From positions 1 through 9,889 of the forward strand of contig CAYZOK010000006.1 in assembly GCA_964480335.1 (NCBI GenBank): DNA of 9,889 nt, in the 5' to 3' direction. The notes below the pieces were generated by a model. That model worked only from the letters and a program-made list of their open reading frames with translations, did not search any database and was not told where the DNA came from. Positions 1 through 5,576 of this stretch are shown piece after piece. The stretch comes from an uncultured Candidatus Bathyarchaeia archaeon. Its GTDB lineage: Archaea > Thermoproteota > Bathyarchaeia > CAYZOK01. The position numbers were made by a program, and so were the translations under genes. Every line of letters begins with the position of its first letter. Position 1 is the first letter of the stretch.

Positions 1-186
1 CCAGAGAAGCTGCGCGAAAAAGGGCACGCTCAGCTGGAAGACGAAGACCAGCATCTCAGATGCCCTCCGAGCGCTCCTCATCGGCACAGTTCGCAAACAC
101 GTTCCGACGAAATACCCGAGCAGGCAGAGAGACCACGCTATTAGGAACATCTCGTAGTTCATGACGACGTACGCTTCCAGCGTCAT
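1..186 (-). CDS. Partial integral membrane protein (N-terminal 62 codons; continues past window start). The N-terminus resembles AEC (auxin-efflux-carrier type) permeases.
   Basis: ATG at 186..184, open to position 1: MTLEAYVVMNYEMFLIAWSLCLLGYFVGTCLRTVPMRSARRASEMLVFVFQLSVPFFAQLLW. This gives two hydrophobic segments separated by a basic loop. The LLGYxxG ... VPxxxxLL pattern recalls AEC family N-termini. It is absent from the ORF track because there is no stop inside the window. The exactly antisense + frame (1..147) is also open but hydrophilic and low-complexity. Confidence 0.45.
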   Translation of the reverse strand, partial: MTLEAYVVMNYEMFLIAWSLCLLGYFVGTCLRTVPMRSARRASEMLVFVFQLSVPFFAQLLW

Positions 187-219
187 TTCCTCATGCGGTC
201 GGCGCCGTCAGGCCTGCGC

Positions 220-227
220 TATTTAAG
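220..227 (-). promoter_or_regulatory. Candidate TATA box (CTTAAATA on minus strand) for the partial permease gene
   Basis: The A/T-rich octamer lies about 35 nt upstream of the ATG at 186. This is consistent with an archaeal TATA at about -27 and a roughly 10-nt leader. A similar TTAAA-type element sits upstream of the three tRNA units in this window. Confidence 0.3.
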
Positions 228-235
228 CTTTCGCC

Positions 236-347
236 TGTTAGTACACTAACATTATTCGTGGACGAGGGGTGAATTTCCTCGTTTTCTCCAACTTCAGACC
301 TTCGGGCTGCGGGCGCGGGCTCACGAATAGTGTTAGTTTACTAACAC
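236..347. repeat. Imperfect 25-bp inverted repeat (arms 236..260 and 322..346, 23/25 complementary) around a 61-bp GC-rich spacer. Each arm contains its own palindrome, GTTAGT-NN-ACTAAC.
   Basis: Arm 1 is tgttagtacactaacattattcgtg. The reverse complement of arm 2 is tgttagtaaactaacactattcgtg. The nested palindromes are gttagtACactaac (237..250) and gtgttagtTTactaacac (330..347), with centres 95 bp apart. The spacer has a small hairpin, acgagg/cctcgt (262..267 and 277..282). Confidence 0.7.
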
Positions 348-384
348 ATACCTAAGCAAGCTCTCAGACAGGCCTTCCCGCAAG

Positions 385-404
385 AGTGTGTCCCGGGACA
401 CACT
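385..404. repeat. Perfect 20-bp palindrome AGTGTGTCCCGGGACACACT, immediately downstream of the stop of the 384-aa ORF. Possible 3'-end hairpin or protein-binding site.
   Basis: The sequence is self-complementary over all 20 nt. It lies 5 nt past the stop codon at 410..412 on the minus strand. No oligo-T run follows on the transcribed strand, so it is not a classical terminator. Confidence 0.6.
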
Positions 405-409
405 TTCCG

Positions 410-1564
410 CTACCATTGGGCGAGGACTTTGTAGGCAAGGTACGAAGCGCCGTCCTCCATCTGCACCTCCTCGACCTTGAGGTAGCCCTTGTCGCGGAGC
501 TTCAGGATGATGTCGTCCGCCTCGCCCAAAGACAGCCCTTCCCGCTCGCGTAGCACCCTCCACAACGTGTCGATCCGCTTCACTCTTAGCGCACTCGCAA
601 CCTCCATAACGCGGGCGTACTTCTCAGCCTCGCCTCCGAAGTGTATCATGATCAGGAAGGGGACGCGCTCACACAGCACGAGTTTGGCTTCGGAGACGGG
701 AACCTCGACCTCTTCTAGCTCGGTCTTTACGGGCCCTTTAGACCAAGGCCCGTGCGTAATCTTGTGTATTATCTTGCGTATCACCTCCCCTCGGCCTCTT
801 CTAGCTCGGCCTTCTCGCACGACTTCGGCCCGTTTGTGGTATTCGATCTCCCCGATGTGGTACGGCACATAGATCGCTGGCGGGAGCCTCGGCAGTATCG
901 GCTTTAGGGCCTTGTAGCGCTTGCCTCCATACCTCTTCTCAATCAGAGTCGAACACTCGCGATGCCTACCGGCCACGTAGTCCTCGTAGCTATACCAAGG
1001 GCTTTCGAAAGACACATCCGGCCTCTGGTAGAAGAAGCAACGGATACCCAAGGTCGGAACCTTGCGCAGGAGCCCCTTGGCGACCCGGCGAAGCGCTTTG
1101 TAGTATGGAACTTCCCTACGAAGCCGTTTATCGTATTTTCCATGCGCTCGCTCGCCGGAGAACAGATAGAGGTCGGCATAATCCTGTAAAACACGCATAT
1201 TGTCGGTTTCCTCGTAGAAGACGGCGGTCACGAGCCGATTTTCCTTCAGCAGATCTATCACGTCGCTCGGCTCGAACCCGAGCAACAAGACGTTCTGCCA
1301 GTCGGGCCAGTCGATCTTGTTCAGGATGTCCTCCACATCCTCGTTCTCGATCCTCGACGCATCCAAGTACGCCAACCCACTCAGCTTGATGAAGTCGCAC
1401 AGGAGCGCGGCTTCGACCTTCACCTCGCGGATCTTGGCCTTCCGGCGGAAGTACCTGCGCGTGCTCCAGTCCCAAAGCTTGAAGTCCGGCTTCCTGTCAA
1501 TTATGATGCCCTTCTTGACGCGGTAGACGCAGAAGTTCAGAAACGGAATGAACGGAGCCATCAC
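410..1564 (-). CDS. Hypothetical 384-aa protein with a probable C-terminal winged-helix domain; the N-terminal two-thirds are not recognisable
   Basis: This is the longest ORF in the region, with non-repetitive protein-like composition. The C-terminus IDTLWRVLREREGLSLGEADDIILKLRDKGYLKVEEVQMEDGASYLAYKV has a helix-turn-helix plus beta-wing pattern. There is no Walker A, HxH, DxD or other motif I can assign with confidence. The overlapping ORFs at 489..872, 943..1194, 962..1189, 1105..1389, 1128..1475 and 1317..1526 look like shadow frames (Ser/Arg/Pro-rich). Confidence 0.7.
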   Translation of the reverse strand: MMAPFIPFLNFCVYRVKKGIIIDRKPDFKLWDWSTRRYFRRKAKIREVKVEAALLCDFIKLSGLAYLDASRIENEDVEDILNKIDWPDWQNVLLLGFEPSDVIDLLKENRLVTAVFYEETDNMRVLQDYADLYLFSGERAHGKYDKRLRREVPYYKALRRVAKGLLRKVPTLGIRCFFYQRPDVSFESPWYSYEDYVAGRHRECSTLIEKRYGGKRYKALKPILPRLPPAIYVPYHIGEIEYHKRAEVVREGRARRGRGEVIRKIIHKITHGPWSKGPVKTELEEVEVPVSEAKLVLCERVPFLIMIHFGGEAEKYARVMEVASALRVKRIDTLWRVLREREGLSLGEADDIILKLRDKGYLKVEEVQMEDGASYLAYKVLAQW

Positions 1565-1802
1565 GACCGGACTTCTCCACCACCCGGCGAAGACGATCAG
1601 AGGCTTAGAAGAGAGGCTAACCGAGATTCAACACTCGTACGAAGGCATGATTGAGTCGGCTATACACGTGCACCTCGATGAGCGCAATTGCTTAGAGATA
1701 ATCGCAGTGAAGGGCCAATCCGTAAGGATGCGCGAACTTGCTGACAAATTGTTGGCCAATCGAGGAGTTAAGCAGCTTAAAACCATCTTGCTCACTACGT
1801 AG
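1548..1802 (+). CDS. nikR: NikR C-terminal (nickel-binding, ACT-like) domain only. The N-terminal ribbon-helix-helix DNA-binding domain is absent, so this is either a 5'-truncated nikR remnant or a stand-alone domain protein.
   Basis: LLHH...LTEIQHSYEGMIESAIHVHLDERNCLEIIAVKG...LADKLLANRGVK matches the NikR tetramerisation and metal domain, including the H-x-H-x5-C ligand spacing (HVHLDERNC). The frame is closed by TAG at 1524..1526, so no RHH (about 50 aa) can be encoded upstream. The start overlaps the divergent 384-aa ORF by 17 nt. Confidence 0.65.
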   Translation: MNGAITTGLLHHPAKTIRGLEERLTEIQHSYEGMIESAIHVHLDERNCLEIIAVKGQSVRMRELADKLLANRGVKQLKTILLTT

Positions 1803-1863
1803 GCAGCGACCGAGTCTGTACCAGCGCTAAGCTGAATTCTCGCCGCAGAGTTTCCAAATCGGC

Positions 1864-2493
1864 ATGCCCGGTGGATCTGCCTTGCGAAGGAAGCGCTTAG
1901 AAATGCTTCTCTCAAAGGTCAAGCCATTTTCGAGGCCCAAGGTCGAGCTAGAGGAGTATATGCTAGACTGCCGATCCGCAGCAGAGATGTTGTACATCGC
2001 CGAGTTCTTCCACCATGACATACGCGGCAAGGTAGTTGCCGACCTAGGATGCGGCACAGGAATCCTCTCCATCGGAGCCGCTCTGCTTGGAGCCGATTTC
2101 GTAGTCGGCGTTGACATCGACAAAAGCGCGATACGTATTGCTCGAGAAAACAGCGCAGGTCTTGGAGCCGATGTCCAGCTCGTGGTGGGCGATATAGCTT
2201 GCATGAAAGGACCAGTTGACGTCGCACTCACGAATCCTCCTTTTGGGACTCGAAGGCGCGGCGCTGATGTAGCGTTTCTCGAAAAGGCTGTCGAGATCGC
2301 TAGCGTCGTGTACTCGCTCCACAAGCGAGCGAAAGGGAGCCGCGAGTTCCTAACGAGAAGCATCAAATCCTTCGGAGGCAAGGTGGACGCGATCTACGAG
2401 CTAAGGATAGCATTGCCACCGACTTACGAGTTCCACCACAAGAGGCGCTACGAGGTCGATGCTGACCTCTACCGCATCGTCAAAGGCGGCTAA
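1864..2493 (+). CDS. SAM-dependent N6-adenine-type methyltransferase, METTL5-like / COG2263 putative RNA methylase
   Basis: Motif I is [20 protein letters not shown] and motif IV is LTNPPFG. The roughly 200-aa size and the N-terminal [21 protein letters not shown] (LEQY-like) segment are typical of the archaeal/eukaryotic METTL5 family. Confidence 0.85.
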   Translation: MPGGSALRRKRLEMLLSKVKPFSRPKVELEEYMLDCRSAAEMLYIAEFFHHDIRGKVVADLGCGTGILSIGAALLGADFVVGVDIDKSAIRIARENSAGLGADVQLVVGDIACMKGPVDVALTNPPFGTRRRGADVAFLEKAVEIASVVYSLHKRAKGSREFLTRSIKSFGGKVDAIYELRIALPPTYEFHHKRRYEVDADLYRIVKGG

Positions 2494-2503
2494 GCTCGGT
2501 ACT

Positions 2504-2524
2504 GGCAGAATGCGATCTTCTGCC
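2504..2524. other. 7-bp perfect stem / 7-nt loop hairpin between the convergent methyltransferase gene and tRNA-Thr
   Basis: ggcagaa-tgcgatc-ttctgcc, 11 nt after the TAA of the methyltransferase. No T-tract follows and the function is unknown. Confidence 0.25.
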
Positions 2525-2570
2525 ACCTATTAGGGTTTAGCAGCAACGCTACGCGCCCTAACTAGACCAG

Positions 2571-2643
2571 AGCCCCGGGCGGGTTTCGAACCCGCGACCT
2601 CCGCCTTACCAGAGCGGCGCTCTACCAGCTGAGCTACCGGGGC
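2571..2643 (-). tRNA. tRNA-Thr (anticodon GGU), no encoded CCA, no intron
   Basis: Manual cloverleaf: GCCCCGG-UA-GCUC-AGCUGGUA-GAGC-G-CCGCU-CUGGUAA-GGCGG-AGGUC-GCGGG-UUCGAAA-CCCGC-CCGGGGC-U. All stems pair, with one U-G wobble in the anticodon stem. Confidence 0.95.
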
Positions 2644-2667
2644 TCACCACAGTTTTCTCTAAGATCG

Positions 2668-2674
2668 CTTTAAC
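2668..2674 (-). promoter_or_regulatory. Candidate TATA element (GTTAAAG, minus strand) for tRNA-Thr(GGU)
   Basis: The centre is about 28 nt upstream of the mature tRNA 5' end at 2643. It lies in the divergent tRNA/rpiA intergenic region. Confidence 0.35.
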
Positions 2675-2688
2675 ATTCTTCGAGTAAT

Positions 2689-3384
2689 TTGTCTTGGCGA
2701 GAAGAAGCGAAGAAGAGAGCTGCGCTAGCGATGCTCGAATGCGTTGAAGACAACCACGTTGTCGGACTCGGAAGCGGTAGCACAGTTGAGTATGCCATAC
2801 GAGAGCTCGGAAAGCTGGTTAAGCGGGGCAAGCTGAGGATAACGGGCGTCGCAACTTCGATAAGGACTGAGATCATCGCACGCGATTCTGGAATCTCCCT
2901 CACAACTCTCGAGGATGTGGGAAGGCTTGACGTTGCGATAGACGGAGCCGATCAAGTCGATCGGCGACTCAACTTGATCAAAGGCAAGGGTGGAGCTCTG
3001 GCTAGGGAGAAGATCGTGGCGTCAGCTGCTGATAGATATGTTATAGCCGTCGATGAAACGAAGCTGACAGAAAAGTTGGGCGTAGGAGTGCCCATTCCGA
3101 TCGAGGTCCTGCCCTTTGGAGCATCACTTGTCATGTCAAGGCTTCGCGAGTTGGGTGGGATACCGACATTGCGCGAAGCTGAGAGGAAGCTGGGACCGGT
3201 CATCACCGATAACGGGAATTTCATTGTCGATGTTGAGTTCGGAAAGATCGACGACCTAGAAGGCCTAAATCGTAAGCTTAAGGCAATGCCAGGTGTCGTC
3301 GAGACCGGACTTTTCCTCGGAATGGCAGATGCAGCCTACGTTGGCTTCAAGAGGGGAGGAATTGAAGTCTTAACGCGAGCTTAA
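2689..3384 (+). CDS. rpiA: Ribose-5-phosphate isomerase A
   Basis: VVGLGSGST, DGADQVD, LIKGKGGALAREKIVA, PIEVLPF and VITDNGNFIVD are all RpiA signature segments. The TTG start at 2689 is favoured because the conserved N-terminal helix (EEAKKRAALAMLECV) precedes the first ATG at 2731. Confidence 0.92.
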   Translation: MSWREEAKKRAALAMLECVEDNHVVGLGSGSTVEYAIRELGKLVKRGKLRITGVATSIRTEIIARDSGISLTTLEDVGRLDVAIDGADQVDRRLNLIKGKGGALAREKIVASAADRYVIAVDETKLTEKLGVGVPIPIEVLPFGASLVMSRLRELGGIPTLREAERKLGPVITDNGNFIVDVEFGKIDDLEGLNRKLKAMPGVVETGLFLGMADAAYVGFKRGGIEVLTRA

Positions 3385-3984
3385 CCAAAGTTTCGCATTT
3401 TCGAGAGCGAGCTTCACGTGCCAACCGTCTTCGACCCAAGGTCCATGCCCTGGAAATAATAACCGAACCTCAAGCTTCGCCAGCCTTTCCAGCGACTTCA
3501 GCATGTCGACATCTCTGAGCTCGACTTTCCCGAAGTAGCCGTTAGCAAAGACAGTATCTCCGCTGAAAAGAGCCTTGCTTGCCGCATGATATAGGCATAT
3601 GCTGCCCTTTGTGTGGCCAGGAGTCCTGAGGACGCGAAGAGGGCCTAATTCCGTCTTGACGAGAGCATATTCTTGCAACAGCTCAACATCGATTCCGCAG
3701 CTGTGTCCGATTATCGATGCATCGTATCCGCAAGCCAGCACGTGTGGTGAGGCCTTCTCCACTATCTCAGCAAGTCCTCCGACATGATCAGAATGGCAGT
3801 GCGTCAAGACGACTTGAGCTACATTTTTGATGGATAGACCTGCTGACTCTAGCGCCGATTCTAGCCTTATACCACCGGAGCCTGTGTCGATCAACGTTAT
3901 CTGGTCTCGCCCCAGCGTGTAGACATTCGAACAGAGGTTTCGCCCCTCGATCCCCCAGGCATTGGCAAGTTTCAGCGGAAGCAA
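3370..3984 (-). CDS. MBL-fold metallo-hydrolase (beta-lactamase-like superfamily), about 204 aa
   Basis: The HxHxDH motif (THCHSDHVGG) is present, followed by PGHTKGS, SGDTVF and FPGHGPW, the full set of MBL metal-ligand motifs. The track ORF (to 4071) reads through tRNA-Met. The only in-frame start codon between the tRNA and the first conserved strand (ITLIDTG) is TTG at 3984..3982. The 3' end overlaps rpiA convergently by 15 nt. Confidence 0.8.
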   Translation of the reverse strand: MLPLKLANAWGIEGRNLCSNVYTLGRDQITLIDTGSGGIRLESALESAGLSIKNVAQVVLTHCHSDHVGGLAEIVEKASPHVLACGYDASIIGHSCGIDVELLQEYALVKTELGPLRVLRTPGHTKGSICLYHAASKALFSGDTVFANGYFGKVELRDVDMLKSLERLAKLEVRLLFPGHGPWVEDGWHVKLALENAKLWLSSR

Positions 3985-3992
3985 CTCAGAAG

Positions 3993-4067
3993 TGCCGGGG
4001 GTGGGACTTGAACCCACGAACTCCGGATTATGAGTCCGGCGCCTTAACCAGCCTGGGCTACCCCGGC
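3993..4067 (-). tRNA. tRNA with CAU anticodon: elongator tRNA-Met, or tRNA-Ile2 if C34 is modified. It is not initiator-like (G1:C72). No encoded CCA.
   Basis: Manual cloverleaf: GCCGGGG-UA-GCCC-AGGCUGGUUA-AGGC-G-CCGGA-CUCAUAA-UCCGG-AGUUC-GUGGG-UUCAAGU-CCCAC-CCCCGGC-A. There is one C:A mismatch at the base of the D stem. Confidence 0.9.
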
Positions 4068-4092
4068 TCACTTCGAGATGCGATGCCGAGTC

Positions 4093-4099
4093 GTTTAAG
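4093..4099 (-). promoter_or_regulatory. Candidate TATA element (CTTAAAC, minus strand) for tRNA-Met, and possibly for the downstream MBL gene
   Basis: The centre is about 29 nt upstream of the tRNA 5' end at 4067 and is preceded by a purine-rich AAAACG (BRE-like). Confidence 0.35.
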
Positions 4100-4130
4100 C
4101 GTTTTAGATCGCAGGAGCATCAGTTTTTCT

Positions 4131-4144
4131 GAAAAATTTCTTTA
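4131..4144 (+). promoter_or_regulatory. Candidate A/T-rich TATA region for pgk (would give a leaderless or near-leaderless mRNA)
   Basis: gaaaaatttcttta is centred about 28 nt upstream of the GTG start at 4167. It lies next to a small palindrome, tttttc-t-gaaaaa. Confidence 0.25.
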
Positions 4145-4166
4145 CGCTAACGCGAAGTGTTAGAGT

Positions 4167-5396
4167 GTGGTAAAGATCGGCCCATTTGAATTTTTGACGA
4201 TAGATGATGTCGAAACGAGTGGGAAGCGGATTTTGTTGCGCGCCGACATAAACTCGCCGATAGATGTTGAGCGAGGAATCATCCTCAATGATAGACGGAT
4301 CCGAGCAATAACCGAAACGCTGCGTGACCTTCGCGATGCTAAGGTCGTTTTGACATCACACCAAGGCAGGCCTGGTCGCGACGATTTCAGCTCCTTAGCT
4401 CCTCATGCGGAAATCTTGCAGAAGTATCATGACGGTCCTATTAAGTTCGTAGAAGATGTCATAGGCCCCACCACCATCGAAGCCATACGCGAGCTGGAAG
4501 ATGGGGAGGTTTTAGTTCTCGAGAACGTCAGGTTCTGCTCCGAAGAGATGCTCGAGAAACCTCCCCATGAGCTCGTTAACACGTACATTGTCCGCCGACT
4601 CGCCCCTCACTTCGATTTATTCATAAACGATGCATTTGCAGCAGCCCATCGTTCGCAGCCCAGCCTCGTAGGGTTCGCCGAAATCTTGCCTACAGCAGCT
4701 GGCAGAGTCATGGAGCGCGAACTCAAAGCGTTAGCACAGGTACTAAAGAGACCATCCAGGCCAGTGGTCGTAGCCCTTGGTGGGGTGAAGATCGAAGACC
4801 GGGTTCCAGGAGTAAGAAAGCTCCTTGAGCGGAGAGTCGCGGACAAAGTCCTCGTAACAGGCTTAGTAGGACTAGTTTTCCTCAAAGCCAGAGGATACAG
4901 GCTGGGGGCAGAGACAGAATCCATGATCATGGAAGAATTCGTTCGAGAGGCTGAATCGATACTAGCGAAGTATGGCGATCAGATACTGACCCCGGTAGAC
5001 GTGGCTTGGGAGGAGGATGGAAAGCGTGCAGAAAGCTCGGTGCTCGAGCTCGAAAGTCCGCCTCCACTTCTCGACGTGGGCGAGAGGACAATCGAAGCAT
5101 TCTCAGCAGAGCTTGAGAAGGCGGGAACGGTAGTAGCGCTAGGACCTGCAGGTGTTTACGAGAGAGGGGGCTTTGAAAAGGGGACCACCAGACTGCTTCA
5201 CGCCATAGCCGATGGTAAAGCCGACACGACTTTGATAGGAGGAGGTCACTTAATCGCGGTCGTTGAGGGGGAAAAGCTGGCCGATAAGTTTACCTACGTA
5301 AGCACGGGCGGAGGCGCCCTCCTTTACGTGCTCTCAGGTCGTGACATGCCCGTCATTGAAGCTCTAAGGAGGGCTGCGAGGCGCTCTTATCGCTAG
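4167..5396 (+). CDS. pgk: Phosphoglycerate kinase (archaeal type)
   Basis: RADINSP, SHQGRPG, ENVRF, NDAFAAAHR, GGVKIEDR and STGGGALL motifs are present. The length is 409 aa and the start is GTG. Confidence 0.95.
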   Translation: MVKIGPFEFLTIDDVETSGKRILLRADINSPIDVERGIILNDRRIRAITETLRDLRDAKVVLTSHQGRPGRDDFSSLAPHAEILQKYHDGPIKFVEDVIGPTTIEAIRELEDGEVLVLENVRFCSEEMLEKPPHELVNTYIVRRLAPHFDLFINDAFAAAHRSQPSLVGFAEILPTAAGRVMERELKALAQVLKRPSRPVVVALGGVKIEDRVPGVRKLLERRVADKVLVTGLVGLVFLKARGYRLGAETESMIMEEFVREAESILAKYGDQILTPVDVAWEEDGKRAESSVLELESPPPLLDVGERTIEAFSAELEKAGTVVALGPAGVYERGGFEKGTTRLLHAIADGKADTTLIGGGHLIAVVEGEKLADKFTYVSTGGGALLYVLSGRDMPVIEALRRAARRSYR

Positions 5397-5397
5397 G

Positions 5398-5403
5398 TTT
5401 AAT
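5398..5403 (+). promoter_or_regulatory. Candidate TATA element (TTTAAT) for the tRNA-Thr(CGU)/tRNA-Pro(UGG) unit
   Basis: It begins 2 nt after the pgk stop, with its centre about 27 nt upstream of the tRNA-Thr 5' end at 5428. Confidence 0.4.
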
Positions 5404-5427
5404 CCTCGACCTGCGAATGAGCTTTCA

Positions 5428-5499
5428 GCCGGCGTAGCTCAGCGGTAGAGCGGCGGCCTCGTAAGCCGCAGGTCGAGGGTTCGAAACCCTCCGCCGGCT
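5428..5499 (+). tRNA. tRNA-Thr (anticodon CGU), no encoded CCA
   Basis: Manual cloverleaf: GCCGGCG-UA-GCUC-AGCGGUA-GAGC-G-GCGGC-CUCGUAA-GCCGC-AGGUC-GAGGG-UUCGAAA-CCCUC-CGCCGGC-U. Confidence 0.95.
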
Positions 5500-5501
5500 T
5501 T

Positions 5502-5576
5502 GGGTCGGTGGTCCAGCTTGGTCAGGATGCCCGGCTTGGGCCCGGGCGGTCGTGGGTTCGAATCCCACCCGACCCA
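5502..5576 (+). tRNA. tRNA-Pro (anticodon UGG), no encoded CCA
   Basis: Manual cloverleaf: GGGUCGG-UG-GUCC-AGCUUGGUCA-GGAU-G-CCCGG-CUUGGGC-CCGGG-CGGUC-GUGGG-UUCGAAU-CCCAC-CCGACCC-A. G37 is as expected for Pro. Confidence 0.95.

Noticed and set aside
333-563. 76-aa minus-strand ORF, Gly/Arg/Pro-rich
   Set aside because: It is an out-of-frame overlap with the 3' end of the 384-aa ORF and runs through the palindromic intergenic DNA. The composition is typical of a spurious GC-rich frame.
489-1526. Multiple 69- to 127-aa ORFs on both strands inside the 384-aa gene (489..872, 943..1194, 962..1189, 1105..1389, 1128..1475, 1317..1526)
   Set aside because: These are Ser/Arg/Pro/Thr-rich shadow frames of a longer ORF with better protein-like composition. 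None shows domain motifs.
236-1547. The idea that the inverted-repeat element plus the 384-aa gene form a transposon-like insertion that truncated nikR
   Set aside because: No matching terminal repeat (GTTAGT/ACTAAC or the 25-bp arm) occurs near 1500..1600. No obvious target-site duplication flanks 236..347, and no transposase or integrase motif is present in the 384-aa protein. The truncation is kept as an observation, without claiming a mobile element.
1628-2381. Minus-strand ORFs overlapping nikR-C and the methyltransferase (1628..1915, 1827..2381, 1919..2227, 2044..2322)
   Set aside because: They are antisense to ORFs with clear family motifs (NikR_C; GCGTG/NPPF) and have no recognisable features of their own.
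3370-3384. 15-nt convergent overlap of the rpiA and MBL-hydrolase 3' ends
   Set aside because: Short convergent overlaps are common in compact prokaryotic genomes. Nothing further suggests a regulatory role.
3985-4071. N-terminal 29 codons of the track ORF 3370..4071 (MSRGSPGWLRRRTHNPEFVGSSPTPGTSE...)
   Set aside because: This stretch is the translation of tRNA-Met(CAU) read on its own strand. The MBL domain begins downstream, so the CDS was trimmed to the TTG at 3984.
2670-5000. Antisense or alternative-frame ORFs within rpiA, the MBL gene and pgk (2670..2903, 2725..2955, 2952..3224, 3599..3787, 4607..4930)
   Set aside because: Each overlaps a gene identified by strong signature motifs on the other strand or frame.
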